DNA from: Acidimicrobiia bacterium
Lineage (GTDB): Bacteria; Actinomycetota; Acidimicrobiia; Spongiisociales; ZC4RG35
Length of the DNA: 64,000 nt
Direction: 5' to 3'
Assembly: GCA_965203555.1 (NCBI GenBank)
Contig: CBDBCY010000004.1
Location: 2,026,007-2,090,006, forward strand
Every line of letters starts with the position of its first letter. Position 1 is the stretch's first letter. Positions 47,064-56,647 of the stretch are shown here, one piece after another. The notes under the pieces are model-generated. The model was not told the DNA's origin and did not search any database. It was given only the letters and a program-made list of their open reading frames with translations. The position numbers and the translations under genes are program-made.

Positions 47064-49337
47064 TTACGGTTGGTTGGCGGCCCCAGGGGTGGGGTTGTCA
47101 ACGGTTTGAAAGTCGCCGGTGGCGTCGGGCAGGCGGGCGTAGCTGTGATCCGCGGGAGATTGGCCTTCGCTCCAGTCGACACTGGAGACGAGGGCGCCGT
47201 CCAGCAGCCAGATTCCCAGTTCCTCGTCTCCGCCCAAGGCGAAGCCGGGCCAGCCGTCCTTGTCCAACCTGAACTGCACGTACCCGCCCGGTTGGATGCT
47301 GGCGCCGACCGGGAAGGAGACCCGCTTGGCGGCGTCGGTGAGGCTGTCGGCCACCACAAAGCCGTCGAGCGACACCGGATGGGACAGCGGGTTGTGCAAC
47401 TCGAACCAGTCCAGGGGGTCACCCTTGGCAGCCACCTCGTTGATGACCAGGCCGACCTGCGGAGGAGGGTCGGGGTCCGGTGCCTGCGGGACGTCGCCAC
47501 CGGTCGACGGCGGACGCCCGAAAACGCCGGAGAAGGCGCCGGCCACCGTGGAGCCGGGCGTCGTCCCCGCCTTCGACAGTTCCAGTGTGCCCTCGGTGAA
47601 GGGCGAGAAGGCGTCCGGCGCCGCGGCTCCAGCCGGGATGGACCACGTCCCCCCGGCGATGGCGTCCTCGCCAATGAGCAGCCTGGCGCCCTCGGCCAAG
47701 CGATCGAGGTCCATGGTCAGCGTCATTCCGGTGAGGGAACCGTCGTCGTTGAACCTGATGACGGTGACGGACCCGGGCCTATCGACGTCCGGTAGCAGGC
47801 TGCTCTCCTCCGGGCTGGAGTGGCCGGCCAGAACTGCCATGCCCTCCCCCGAATCCTCGGAGCCGTTCAGCAGCAGGTTGCTGATCGTCCCCTCCCCCCA
47901 AGGCTCGGAACTCAGGTTGCTTCCCCAAGTCGTCTCGAAGACGATTTCCAGGGTGCCCGACCCGGCGTCCGGCGGGGCGGATGTCTCCGACTCGGGCCAC
48001 TCGGGCGGACTGGGTATGAGGTCCGCCAGTATCTCGCCTCTCCGCTTCAGGATGAACTTGCGCACCCGCTCCGTGTCGGCGGAGGCCTCCTCTCTGGCCT
48101 CCGGTAGAGCGTGCCGCTGCACGATGGCGGCCATTTGGTCCACAACGGCCAGCAGTTCCTCCTCGTTCCAGGCGATGCCCAGGATCTCCTCCAGGCGGGC
48201 GGTGTATTTGCCCCGCCAATCGGGATGGTTGTAAAGGCGGTTGGGGATGGCCGTGAGGGCCAGCACCGACGGGGGCGGGTCGCTGATGTTGTCGAAGGGA
48301 TTGGGGTCGTCCTTCAGGTGGAAGGTGTCGTCGACGCCCCACGGTATGAACACGAACGGCCCGTCTGGCTCACGGTAGAAGTGATAGTTGTTGCGGTTGC
48401 CGGCGTACCCGTCCCAGTGTCCCACCAGCACCTCCGTCGCCCAAAAGGAGAGGAACCGGTCCAGGTCCGCGATCTCGCCCAGCGCCTCCAGGCCGGCGTC
48501 GGACGGGTCCTGCAGGGCTGCCACCACCGCGTCTATGTCCGACCAGTCGGCAACGTCTTCGTTGGTCTTCTTCTCGATGGTGCCGCGAAACTCCGGCGTG
48601 AAGTCGCTTACCGTGCCTTCGTACAGGTTGCCCTCGGCGCTATCGAAGTGCCGGGACAGAAACGGCGCCTTGATTTCTTCGACATGGACGTACAGTCCCA
48701 GATCCTTCCCGTTCACCGACACGGTGGCGAAGTTGCAGCGCGGCGCGGGAATACCGGCGGCGGCGAACACCCGGTACGACAGGCAGGTGTTGACCATGGA
48801 GGGGTCCTGGATGCTGTTGTTCAGGGTCATCCGCTTCATGATCCCGCCGAGGGACCGGCCGTCCACGTACTTGTCGAACCGCAGCTTCAGGGACGGCTTG
48901 GTGTCGCTCTGGGAGCCGACGAACCCCTTCTTGCGAATCCCGATGTCGGTGTGGGTCTCGCCGTCCACGGTGACGGTGCCGGAAAACCAGGTGTAGATAT
49001 CGGCAAAGGGCCGGGAGAGGCCGAATTCCTCGATCTCCGCCATCACGTCCTCCAGCGTCCGGGTCTGGTGGCGCAGGGTGTCCCAGTCCTCGCCGGCGAT
49101 TTCGATGCTGATGTCCAGCACGCGGTCCAGGGCGAAGTAGGCATCGCCGGGGAAGGTGGTGGTGGCGCCAGAGGTGGTGGTGTCGGAGGTGTCCGCCACC
49201 GTTGAGGTGGTACCGGCAGGGGATACGTCGGCGTCGTCGGTCTCGTCCCCGCAGGCAACCGCAATCATCACGGCCGCCGCCAGCACCATGGTTAGTCGCC
49301 GGTACACAATCCTCAGGGTATCGGACCACGGTCCCAA
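47064..49337 (-). CDS. CotH-kinase-family protein with C-terminal lamin-tail domain; secreted lipoprotein
   Basis: Lipobox MVLAAAVMIAVAC, then a CotH-like core (SVNGKDLGLYVHVEEIKAPFLSRHF..GNLYEG; WDGYAGNRNNYHFY) and an LTD-like C-terminus (VINEV...DWFELHN...DGF). The start could be TTG 49337, GTG 49307 or ATG 49289. Confidence 0.7.
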   Translation of the reverse strand: MGPWSDTLRIVYRRLTMVLAAAVMIAVACGDETDDADVSPAGTTSTVADTSDTTTSGATTTFPGDAYFALDRVLDISIEIAGEDWDTLRHQTRTLEDVMAEIEEFGLSRPFADIYTWFSGTVTVDGETHTDIGIRKKGFVGSQSDTKPSLKLRFDKYVDGRSLGGIMKRMTLNNSIQDPSMVNTCLSYRVFAAAGIPAPRCNFATVSVNGKDLGLYVHVEEIKAPFLSRHFDSAEGNLYEGTVSDFTPEFRGTIEKKTNEDVADWSDIDAVVAALQDPSDAGLEALGEIADLDRFLSFWATEVLVGHWDGYAGNRNNYHFYREPDGPFVFIPWGVDDTFHLKDDPNPFDNISDPPPSVLALTAIPNRLYNHPDWRGKYTARLEEILGIAWNEEELLAVVDQMAAIVQRHALPEAREEASADTERVRKFILKRRGEILADLIPSPPEWPESETSAPPDAGSGTLEIVFETTWGSNLSSEPWGEGTISNLLLNGSEDSGEGMAVLAGHSSPEESSLLPDVDRPGSVTVIRFNDDGSLTGMTLTMDLDRLAEGARLLIGEDAIAGGTWSIPAGAAAPDAFSPFTEGTLELSKAGTTPGSTVAGAFSGVFGRPPSTGGDVPQAPDPDPPPQVGLVINEVAAKGDPLDWFELHNPLSHPVSLDGFVVADSLTDAAKRVSFPVGASIQPGGYVQFRLDKDGWPGFALGGDEELGIWLLDGALVSSVDWSEGQSPADHSYARLPDATGDFQTVDNPTPGAANQP

Positions 49338-49351
49338 CCAGGTTATCCGGC

Positions 49352-49379
49352 CCGAAGCCGGACTCCGACCCGGGTTCGG
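49352..49379 (-). terminator. Imperfect GC-rich hairpin (CCGAAGCCGG ... CCGGGTTCGG) downstream of the isomerase gene
   Basis: It lies in the 100-bp gap between the stop at 49440 and the CotH-like start. There is one mismatch in the 10-bp stem. Confidence 0.3.
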
Positions 49380-49439
49380 CTCACCGCACGGCGCCCGGGG
49401 GAGCAGCTACCGGGGGACCCAGCTTTCAGAATAAGGGTC

Positions 49440-50300
49440 TTACCCCGAGTCGGCCAGGGCCTGGCGGATCTGGTCGCGGACGTAGATCGTCTCGCACAGG
49501 TTGTCGACCCTGTCGCAGCCCCACTTCTGCATCCACACGTACTCGGCGGCTATGAAGCCCTCATAGCCCTGATCGACCAGCCGACGAACCAGACGTTGGA
49601 TGTCGATCGTTCCCTCATAGGAGATGGCCTGCATCACTTCCGGCGCCGCCTGGCGGACCTGGTGGTGCCTCGAGATCGGCAAGAGGGTCTCGATGCGCTC
49701 CTGGGAGATGCCCTGGTAGACGAAGTGGGCAAAGTCGAGGCAGACCTTCAGGCCTGGGACCTCTGCGACGAGTTGAGCCGTTACCTCGGGAGTCTCGGTG
49801 ATGGAGCCGATGTGCGGCTCGAAACCCAGTTCCAGCCCTGCGTCCTGTGCCACCTCCACCCGCCAGGCCAGCTCCTCCACCGCCAAGTCCCAGTCGCGGG
49901 CTGGATCGCGATCCTGGAATGGACAGCCCGGCAGGATGGTCAATCCCGGAGACTCCAGCACCAGGGTGAACTCGATGAAGCGGCGGAAGTCCTCTCGGGC
50001 CTTGTCGCGAACCTCGGCGGACGGATTGTTCGGCGCCGCCGACTGCACGTCGAACACTGGCCTGAAGTCGGTGATCACGATGGGAAAGACGTCCGCCACC
50101 GCCAACCCGTGATCGTCGGCCATCGCCTTTATCCGTCGGCCGACGCCGGTGGGATCGGCGATGACGTCCTCGGCGGAATTGTTGGGATTTCCCGAGAAGA
50201 CGGCAACGTCCACCGCGTCGAACTCCAGTCCCTTGATCAGGGCAAGGTTCACGTTGTACGGCAGGAGCGGGAAGGAATAGTCGGCGCAGGAAAGCCGCAT
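49440..50300 (-). CDS. Sugar phosphate isomerase/epimerase (xylose-isomerase-like TIM barrel)
   Basis: MRLSCADYSFPLL N-terminus after AAAGGAAC; Xyl-isomerase-like TIM family pattern. The track start at 50471 is an unlikely extension. Confidence 0.8.
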   Translation of the reverse strand: MRLSCADYSFPLLPYNVNLALIKGLEFDAVDVAVFSGNPNNSAEDVIADPTGVGRRIKAMADDHGLAVADVFPIVITDFRPVFDVQSAAPNNPSAEVRDKAREDFRRFIEFTLVLESPGLTILPGCPFQDRDPARDWDLAVEELAWRVEVAQDAGLELGFEPHIGSITETPEVTAQLVAEVPGLKVCLDFAHFVYQGISQERIETLLPISRHHQVRQAAPEVMQAISYEGTIDIQRLVRRLVDQGYEGFIAAEYVWMQKWGCDRVDNLCETIYVRDQIRQALADSG

Positions 50301-50356
50301 GGCAGTCGTTCCTTTCGTCATCGGGATGTAGCGTGCTATTAAAGTTAGGCCGACCG

Positions 50357-51775
50357 ATGAGTCGCCCCTCCCCAGACCGCCCACCTCGTATCGGCCAGTT
50401 GTCGGTTTACTTCGGACTCTTCGACGCGGCGATGCCCCCCGAGTTCCGCCGCGACCGGGAAGCACTGGCAAACCGCTTCACCGAGTTCCTTTCCGCCGGC
50501 GGGGACGTTGTCTTTCCCGGTCTGGTGGACTCCGAGGAAGCGGGACGCCGGGCGAATGACGTGTTTGCCGCCGAGCAGGTGGACGTGGTGGTGTTCGTTC
50601 CGGCCATGGCTGCCCCGCCCAGCTACGGCTGGGAGGCCATCTCCGGTCTGGGCATCCCGGTCATCTCGGTGGCGGCCCAGGAGCTCACCTCGATACCCGA
50701 TGTGTACACCACCGAGGAGGGGACGCAGCGGAGCACCCTGGTGGGCCTGGTGATGTTCACCAACGTCATGGCCCGGGAGGGAAAGCCCATGGTGACATTG
50801 GTGGGGCGGTTGGAGTCGGAGGAATTCGCCGCGGAGGTGGCGCAGACCGTACGGGCGGCCGCCCTGGCGAAACGCCTGCAAGGTGCGCGGGTGGGCGCCA
50901 TCGGGGCTCCGATCGGGGGGTATCTGGACGTGGAGGCCACCCCCGAGGAAGTCGACGGCTTGGGATTGGAGATGGTCTCGATATCGAGGGAGGAACTGAA
51001 CGCGGCTTTTGCCGGAGCATCCCAGGAGAGCGTTGGGGAACTCGTTGACGGTCTGCGGGACAGATTCGATACCGACCGGACTCCCGACGAGACCCTTCAG
51101 CGGTCCGCCCGGCTGGCCGTAGCCCTTCGGGACATCTGCGAACGAAACGACCTGGTGGGGGGGACGGTGAACTGCCACGGCGACATGTTCCGCTGGAACC
51201 CGGAGGTGGGGATCACGGCCTGTCTGGGGGTGACCTGTCTGACCGAGGCGGGAACGCCCCTTTCCTGCACCGGCGACCTTCCCGCCGGTATCGCCCTGGT
51301 GATCGGGAAGGCCGTGGCGGGAGGGTCCCTGTACTGCGAGGTCTACGGGGTCGACTTCGAAGGAGACTGGGTGCTGCTGGCCAACGGCGGCGAGAGCGAT
51401 GTCTCGATGGCCGATACATCCCGGCCGATCACCCTCCTGCCCGAGGACCACTACATGGGTGAGCAGGGTCCGGGCACCGCCATCGTGTTCTCCCTGCCCA
51501 CCGGGCCCGCCACCCTGCTGAGCATGTCTCCCATCGCGGGGGCCGAGGGAGGTTGGGCGTTGGTGGTGGGCGAGGGGGAGATCATCGGTTCGCGGCACGA
51601 GTCGATCGAGGGCCCCAACGGGATGTTCCGCTTCTCCTCGGGTCCTGCGTCCGAGGCCTTCCAGCGGTTCTGCAACGCCGGCGCCACTCATCACAGCGCC
51701 CTGACCCCCGGCCACCACCTCCGGACGCTTCGGATGATGGCGGAGTGGATAGGCTTCGAGGTCCGGGCGGTCTGA
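50357..51775 (+). CDS. L-arabinose/L-fucose isomerase family protein (AraA-like)
   Basis: N-terminal RIGQLSVYFGLFD, the approximately 475-aa length and the C-terminal beta-barrel domain typical of AraA/FucI-like isomerases. Divergent from the 50300 gene. Confidence 0.65.
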   Translation: MSRPSPDRPPRIGQLSVYFGLFDAAMPPEFRRDREALANRFTEFLSAGGDVVFPGLVDSEEAGRRANDVFAAEQVDVVVFVPAMAAPPSYGWEAISGLGIPVISVAAQELTSIPDVYTTEEGTQRSTLVGLVMFTNVMAREGKPMVTLVGRLESEEFAAEVAQTVRAAALAKRLQGARVGAIGAPIGGYLDVEATPEEVDGLGLEMVSISREELNAAFAGASQESVGELVDGLRDRFDTDRTPDETLQRSARLAVALRDICERNDLVGGTVNCHGDMFRWNPEVGITACLGVTCLTEAGTPLSCTGDLPAGIALVIGKAVAGGSLYCEVYGVDFEGDWVLLANGGESDVSMADTSRPITLLPEDHYMGEQGPGTAIVFSLPTGPATLLSMSPIAGAEGGWALVVGEGEIIGSRHESIEGPNGMFRFSSGPASEAFQRFCNAGATHHSALTPGHHLRTLRMMAEWIGFEVRAV

Positions 51776-51914
51776 TACCGGCCTCTGCCCGGGGACTCTC
51801 CCCGCCAATTAACTCTCTTCCCCACCGAAGCGCCGGAGGGTCTGTGCTCTACCATTACCTAATAGGGTTTTCTTGCAGAAGCAGGGGCTGAGAGGTCCCG
51901 GAACAGGAGAAGTG

Positions 51915-53039
51915 ATGCGCATATCCAAAGTAACTCCAATCTCGGTCGCCTATCCCGAGCCCAACGATTCGGGCGCCACCCGGCACCTCACCTTTTGCCG
52001 GATCGAGACCACCGATGGGACCGTGGGCTGGGGAGAGGCCATAACCATGTGGCCGGAGGCGTGCCGGGCCACCGAGCAGATCATCTCAGGGATGGGAGAT
52101 CTCATCGTGGGAAGAGACGTGGCCGACAACATCGCCATCTGGCGGGAGTTGCGCAAACACGCCTGGTGGTATGGATATCGCGGCGGGATTTCTCACTTCG
52201 CCCTCTCGGCGATCGACCTGGCCCTGTGGGACCTGAAGGGGAAGGACCTGGGACAGTCGGTTCTCAAGATGATGGGCGGGCCCGTCCGGGAGTCGCTGCC
52301 GGCCATTGCCAGCACGCACGCCTTCCTGACCATGGACGAGGAGATCGAAAAACACGGACGGTGGGTGCAGGAAGACGGTTACCGGGGGGTGAAGATCGGA
52401 TTGGGCAAGGCGGGGATAACCCGCCTGGGTTACGACGCCAACCGGGACATCGAATTCATGCGCCGTCTCCGGGAGGCGGTGGGCCCCGACGCCTGGATCA
52501 TGCTGGACCGCGGCGTCAATTGCACCTGGGACCTGGAACACGCCATCCGACTGATCAACGCATGGGAAGAGTACGGATTGCGGTGGATGGAGGAGCCCTT
52601 CGAGCCCCGCGAATACATCAACTACCAGAGACTCCGAGTCGCCGTGAACACCATGCTGGCCTGGGGAGAGCGGGAGTGGGACGAGGACGGCTACCGCGAG
52701 GTGATCGGCACCGGCAACGCCGACGTGTTGGGAGTCGACCCCGGTCGCGTCGGGGGGATCACCGGCGCCCTGCGGATCATTCGCCTGGTGGAAGACGCAG
52801 GAGTGTGGTTCAACGCCCATGCGTGGAGCGGCGCACCGGTGACCGCCGCCAGCCTGGCGCTGTCGTTCAGCACGAACCGATGCCTGCTGTTCGAGTTCAA
52901 GCCCATCGAGAACCCGATGCAGCATGAACTGGTCACCAACCCCTTCGTCCATGATCGGGGCACCGTCGGCATCCCGCCGGAGCGACCCGGTCTGGGCATC
53001 GACGTGCAGGAGAAAGTGATCCAAAAGTATCGGCTGTGA
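51915..53039 (+). CDS. Enolase-superfamily enzyme, mandelate racemase/muconate lactonising (sugar-acid dehydratase-like)
   Basis: MRISKVTPISVAYPE...GWGEA capping domain, KIGLGK and the metal-ligand D/E/D pattern (MLDRG..., WMEEP, EREWDEDG). AGGAGA then ATG 51915. Confidence 0.85.
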   Translation: MRISKVTPISVAYPEPNDSGATRHLTFCRIETTDGTVGWGEAITMWPEACRATEQIISGMGDLIVGRDVADNIAIWRELRKHAWWYGYRGGISHFALSAIDLALWDLKGKDLGQSVLKMMGGPVRESLPAIASTHAFLTMDEEIEKHGRWVQEDGYRGVKIGLGKAGITRLGYDANRDIEFMRRLREAVGPDAWIMLDRGVNCTWDLEHAIRLINAWEEYGLRWMEEPFEPREYINYQRLRVAVNTMLAWGEREWDEDGYREVIGTGNADVLGVDPGRVGGITGALRIIRLVEDAGVWFNAHAWSGAPVTAASLALSFSTNRCLLFEFKPIENPMQHELVTNPFVHDRGTVGIPPERPGLGIDVQEKVIQKYRL

Positions 53040-53086
53040 TCTTGGCGGCGTGCTGAGGTTCCGATTGGTTCCAACATGGCGCCGGG

Positions 53087-53947
53087 TCAGGCGCCGCAGA
53101 CGACCTCTATGTAGGCGGTGATTTCTCGGAACGTGACCACCCCCAGGGCGCGATTGGTCTCATTGGTGAGCACCAGGTAACGATGGCCCAGCTCGGCCAT
53201 GACGCCCAGGGCCTCGCTGATTGGCGTACCGGGGGCGGCGGCGGCGATCTGGTGGTTCATCCAGTCGCCCACGGGCTGGTCCTCAAGGTCCTCCACTCGG
53301 CAGGCGATCTTCCAGAAAATGTCGTACTCGGTCAACTCGCCGATCACCGCCCCTCGGTGGTTGACCACCGACACCAACCCGGTTTGCGCGGAGATCATGG
53401 CCTCGATGGCGACAGACAGAGAATCGTCGGCTGTGACCAGCAGCGGCTCGTGGGCGGACAGCCCGGTGAGGTCCACGAAGTGCAGATTGTGCTCCGGGGA
53501 CAGGTCGGGGCCCAGGTCGCTTTGGGATTCCAGGAAGGCCGCCGCCATCCGAACCAGGTCATAATGGGTGACGCTGCCCAGAAGGTCGCCGTCGGGGCTG
53601 GTCACGGGCAGGTTCCGGAACCGGTGGGCGTTCATAAGGCGCAGCGCGTCGATGGCCGAGGCGTCGTGGTCGATCACCATCGGGTCAACGGTCATGAAGT
53701 TGTCAACCGGGGCGTCCCACATGTCGGGAGATCGCACCACATGGTTGGTGATGTCTCGCTCGGTGAAGATCCCGGCCAGCCCGCCTCCGTGGGTGACCAC
53801 CGCGCACCCCGTGCGCTGGGCAGCCATGGCCGCCACCACCTTGCGAACCCGGCGGCCGCTGGGAACCAAGACGTTTGACGACAGCTTCATGCGCGACAGA
53901 GGCATTCTTTCGAAGTGCTGCACGATGTTGATGCTTGTCACGGTCAT
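53087..53947 (-). CDS. CBS-domain protein (four CBS motifs)
   Basis: Repeated CBS-pair pattern (VVTHGGGLAGIFTERDI, FRNLPVTSPDGDLLGSVTHYDL, LVSVVNHRGAVIGELTEYDI, RYLVLTNETNRALGVVTFREI). Confidence 0.8.
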   Translation of the reverse strand: MTVTSINIVQHFERMPLSRMKLSSNVLVPSGRRVRKVVAAMAAQRTGCAVVTHGGGLAGIFTERDITNHVVRSPDMWDAPVDNFMTVDPMVIDHDASAIDALRLMNAHRFRNLPVTSPDGDLLGSVTHYDLVRMAAAFLESQSDLGPDLSPEHNLHFVDLTGLSAHEPLLVTADDSLSVAIEAMISAQTGLVSVVNHRGAVIGELTEYDIFWKIACRVEDLEDQPVGDWMNHQIAAAAPGTPISEALGVMAELGHRYLVLTNETNRALGVVTFREITAYIEVVCGA

Positions 53948-54017
53948 ATCCTCCGTTTCCGGCGACGTTCTCTAGCCTAGCCCGAATTCGCCGTTTGGGC
54001 CGGGGCGGCCCGGTCGT

Positions 54018-54630
54018 TCAGCGGCGCATCACCTTGGGAGCGACGGTGCCGAACTCCGACGGAAGTTTCAACACGGTCACGCCGCATTCCCGCATGATCT
54101 GGACTTTCTCCGCCGCCGACTCCCCGACGGTCGACACGATGGCCCCGGCGTGGCCCATCTTACGACCCTTGGGGGCGGTGAGGCCTGCGATGTAGGCCAC
54201 CACCGGTTTGTGCATGTGGTCCCGGGCGTACAGGGCCGGCTTGGGCCTCCTGCGGCCCTCCGATTTCGCCCACCATCACCACCGCTTCGGTCTGGTTGTC
54301 AAGCTCGAACAGCTTCAGGTGGTCGAGGAACGAGCTGCCATTAATGGGATCGCCGCCGATGCCGACACTGGTGCTGACCCCGATGCCGACCGCTTTGAGC
54401 TGAGATGCCGCCTCGTAGCCGAGCGTTCCCGACCGGCTGATGATTCCGATCGAGCCCCGCCGGTAGATGTGTCCGGGCATGATGCCCATCATGGCCCGGC
54501 CCGGGCTGATCACGCCGGCGCCGTTGGGGCCGATCAGGCGCATCCGGCGAGCGTGCCGGTAGCGGCGAAGGTAACGCTTGACTTTCAGCATGTCCTGGAT
54601 GAGGTCGGCGGCGGCCTGGGAGCCTTCGCC
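54018..54630 (-). pseudogene. sucD: Succinyl-CoA synthetase alpha subunit (sucD) remnant: N-terminally truncated and frameshifted
   Basis: The two minus-strand pieces (54160-54663 and 54018-54215) match the SucD middle (RLIGPNxxGVIxPG...GIVSRSGTLxYEA...VGIGGDPxNGS) and C-terminus ([24 protein letters not shown]). Removing 1 nt in the GCCGGCCC run near 54205 restores ...[23 protein letters not shown].... The first approximately 115 aa, which hold the CoA-binding Rossmann domain, are absent, and there is no sucC. Confidence 0.6.
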
Positions 54631-54723
54631 GGTCGGTGCTGGCGGATCGGCTTGATGGGCCACACGGCTCGGCTTGACAACGTGTCGCGGGTGCTGGCCG
54701 CCTTGGACGAAGTGCTGGTGTAG
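54590..54723 (+). pseudogene. C-terminal fragment (about 40 codons) of a class-V aminotransferase (serine-pyruvate/alanine-glyoxylate type)
   Basis: ...[38 protein letters not shown] matches the conserved AGXT-family C-terminus (GGLGPLAGKIWRIGLMG...RVL.AL). Upstream in the same frame there is no homology. It abuts the sucD remnant on the opposite strand. Confidence 0.4.
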
Positions 54724-54819
54724 ATCCAGAGGAGGCGGATTTAGGCGGGTTGCATCGCGCCGCTCCTCCCACCGGGCGGTTGACTAAAGGGCGTCCGAGA
54801 AAGGGCCGGTTGTTCGGCG

Positions 54820-55677
54820 TCAGCGTTCCGTCTTGTACGGATTGAGGAGGTCGGTGAGGGTGTCGCCGAGGAGGGTGAAGACCAGCACCGTTATGAATAT
54901 GGCGCTTCCCGCTCCCAACGCCAGGTAGGGATTGGTGGAGACCAGGGTCTTGCCGGCCAGCAGCATGGCGCCCCAGGACGGGGCGGGAGGCTGAGCGCCC
55001 AGACCCAGGAAACTGAGGGCGGCTTCGGTTAGCACCGCGGTGGCGAAGGTGAGAGTGAACTGCACCAGGATGATCGAGGTCAGGTTGGGCAGGAGCGACC
55101 GCTGCATCAGATATACATGACTGGCGCCCAAGGCTCTGCCCGCGGTGATGAATTCGCTCTCTTTGAGGGAGAGGGCCATTCCTCGCACCAGACGGGCGAA
55201 GCGGGGGATCTGGACTATCCCGATGGCAATGATGGTATTGCGCAGATTGGTTCCCAGCACCGCCACCATGGCCATGGCCAGGATGATGGGGGGAAACGCC
55301 AGCAAGCCGTCGGTGGTGCGCATCATTATGGTGTCGGTGAGCTTCCCGAAGTACCCGCTGACCACGCCCATCGGCACCCCGAACACCACCGCGATGGCGG
55401 TGGAGGCAAAGCCCACGTACAGGGAGACTCGCGACCCGTGGATGAGACGACTGAAGATGTCCCTTCCTATCGAGTCGGTGCCAAGCCAGAACTGTGCGGT
55501 GGGCAACTCGAAGGGATAGGCGACCACTTCGGTGGCGCCGTAAGGCGCCAGGAGATCGGCGAACAGCGCGGTCAGCACCAGTAGCGCCACCATGCTGAGC
55601 GTGAAGAGGTGGAGGGGATTGCGGACGATCCTCCTCCAGATCTTGCGTCTCTCCGAGAACTGTGCGGCAGATGTCAT
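54820..55677 (-). CDS. Peptide/nickel ABC transporter permease (DppC/OppC-like)
   Basis: N-terminal RRIVRNPLHLF...; ABC-2 type permease with the conserved EAA loop. Confidence 0.85.
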   Translation of the reverse strand: MTSAAQFSERRKIWRRIVRNPLHLFTLSMVALLVLTALFADLLAPYGATEVVAYPFELPTAQFWLGTDSIGRDIFSRLIHGSRVSLYVGFASTAIAVVFGVPMGVVSGYFGKLTDTIMMRTTDGLLAFPPIILAMAMVAVLGTNLRNTIIAIGIVQIPRFARLVRGMALSLKESEFITAGRALGASHVYLMQRSLLPNLTSIILVQFTLTFATAVLTEAALSFLGLGAQPPAPSWGAMLLAGKTLVSTNPYLALGAGSAIFITVLVFTLLGDTLTDLLNPYKTER

Positions 55678-55699
55678 ATCCGGGTTGGTCCTTGTGCGC

Positions 55700-56647
55700 T
55701 CATGAACGGGCGATCCTCGGGTCGAGCCAGGAATAGGTCAGGTCCACCAGCAGGTTGACGATCACGAAGGTGGCGGCCGAGACCAGCACGGCTATCTGAA
55801 CCACGTCGAACGCCCGGGTGAGGATGGACTGGATCATAAGCCATCCCAACCCCGGCCAAATGAAGATCTGCTCGATAACCACCATCCCTCCCACCAGCAA
55901 TCCGAAGTTGACGCCCACCTCGGTGACCAGCGGGATGGCGGCGTTCCGGAAGGCATGCCAGTAGTTGACCCGACGCTCCGTCAGGCCCTTGGCGCGGGCG
56001 GTGCGCACGTAGTCGGCGCTGAGCACTTCCAACATCCCTGCTCTCATGAACCGGGTCAGCCGGGCGGCGGTCACCGACGCGATGGTGAGCACCGGCATTA
56101 TCAGTTGACTGAGGTGCTTGACGGGATCTTCTCCAAAGGGAACGTACCCCCCGGGAGGTAGAAGGGGGAACACTTCCGCCAGCAGGATGAGCAAGCCGAT
56201 TCCCATCACATAGGTGGGCATGCTGAACCCCAGGGTGGTGAACACCCGGGCGATGTGGTCCACCCATGTCCCTTCCCGGATGGCCGAGATCATCCCCAGG
56301 GGCACGGCCACAATCACGGCCAGGAGTATGGAGAGAGCAGCCAGTTCCAAGGTTCTCCCCAAGGCGGGAAAGACCAGGCTGGACACCTCGGCGTAGCCGT
56401 GAGTAATCGACTTCCCGAAGTCGCCGCGGGCCAGGTTCCCCATCCAGCGCAGGTATTGGACGTGGGTGGGGTCGTTGAGGCCCAACTCCTCTCGGAGTGC
56501 TTCGTAGTCCTCCGGTGAGGCGTCGAGGCCGAGTGTCATGGCGGCGGGGTCGCCTGGGACCAGCCGGAAGATCACGAACACGGCGGTCGAGACGATCCAC
56601 ATGACCAGGATCCCGTGCAACAGGCGGCGGGCAACGTATCTGGTCAT
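55700..56647 (-). CDS. Peptide/nickel ABC transporter permease (DppB/OppB-like)
   Basis: MTRYVARRLLHGILVMWIVSTAVF...; 315 aa. The track ORF extends to 57487 through the ATPase gene in another frame and is rejected. Confidence 0.85.
   Translation of the reverse strand: MTRYVARRLLHGILVMWIVSTAVFVIFRLVPGDPAAMTLGLDASPEDYEALREELGLNDPTHVQYLRWMGNLARGDFGKSITHGYAEVSSLVFPALGRTLELAALSILLAVIVAVPLGMISAIREGTWVDHIARVFTTLGFSMPTYVMGIGLLILLAEVFPLLPPGGYVPFGEDPVKHLSQLIMPVLTIASVTAARLTRFMRAGMLEVLSADYVRTARAKGLTERRVNYWHAFRNAAIPLVTEVGVNFGLLVGGMVVIEQIFIWPGLGWLMIQSILTRAFDVVQIAVLVSAATFVIVNLLVDLTYSWLDPRIARS

Noticed and set aside
54208-54723. 171-aa + strand ORF as an intact gene
   Set aside because: Only the last approximately 40 codons show homology, to an aminotransferase C-terminus. 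The rest is antisense to the sucD remnant, so it is treated as a gene fragment, not a CDS.
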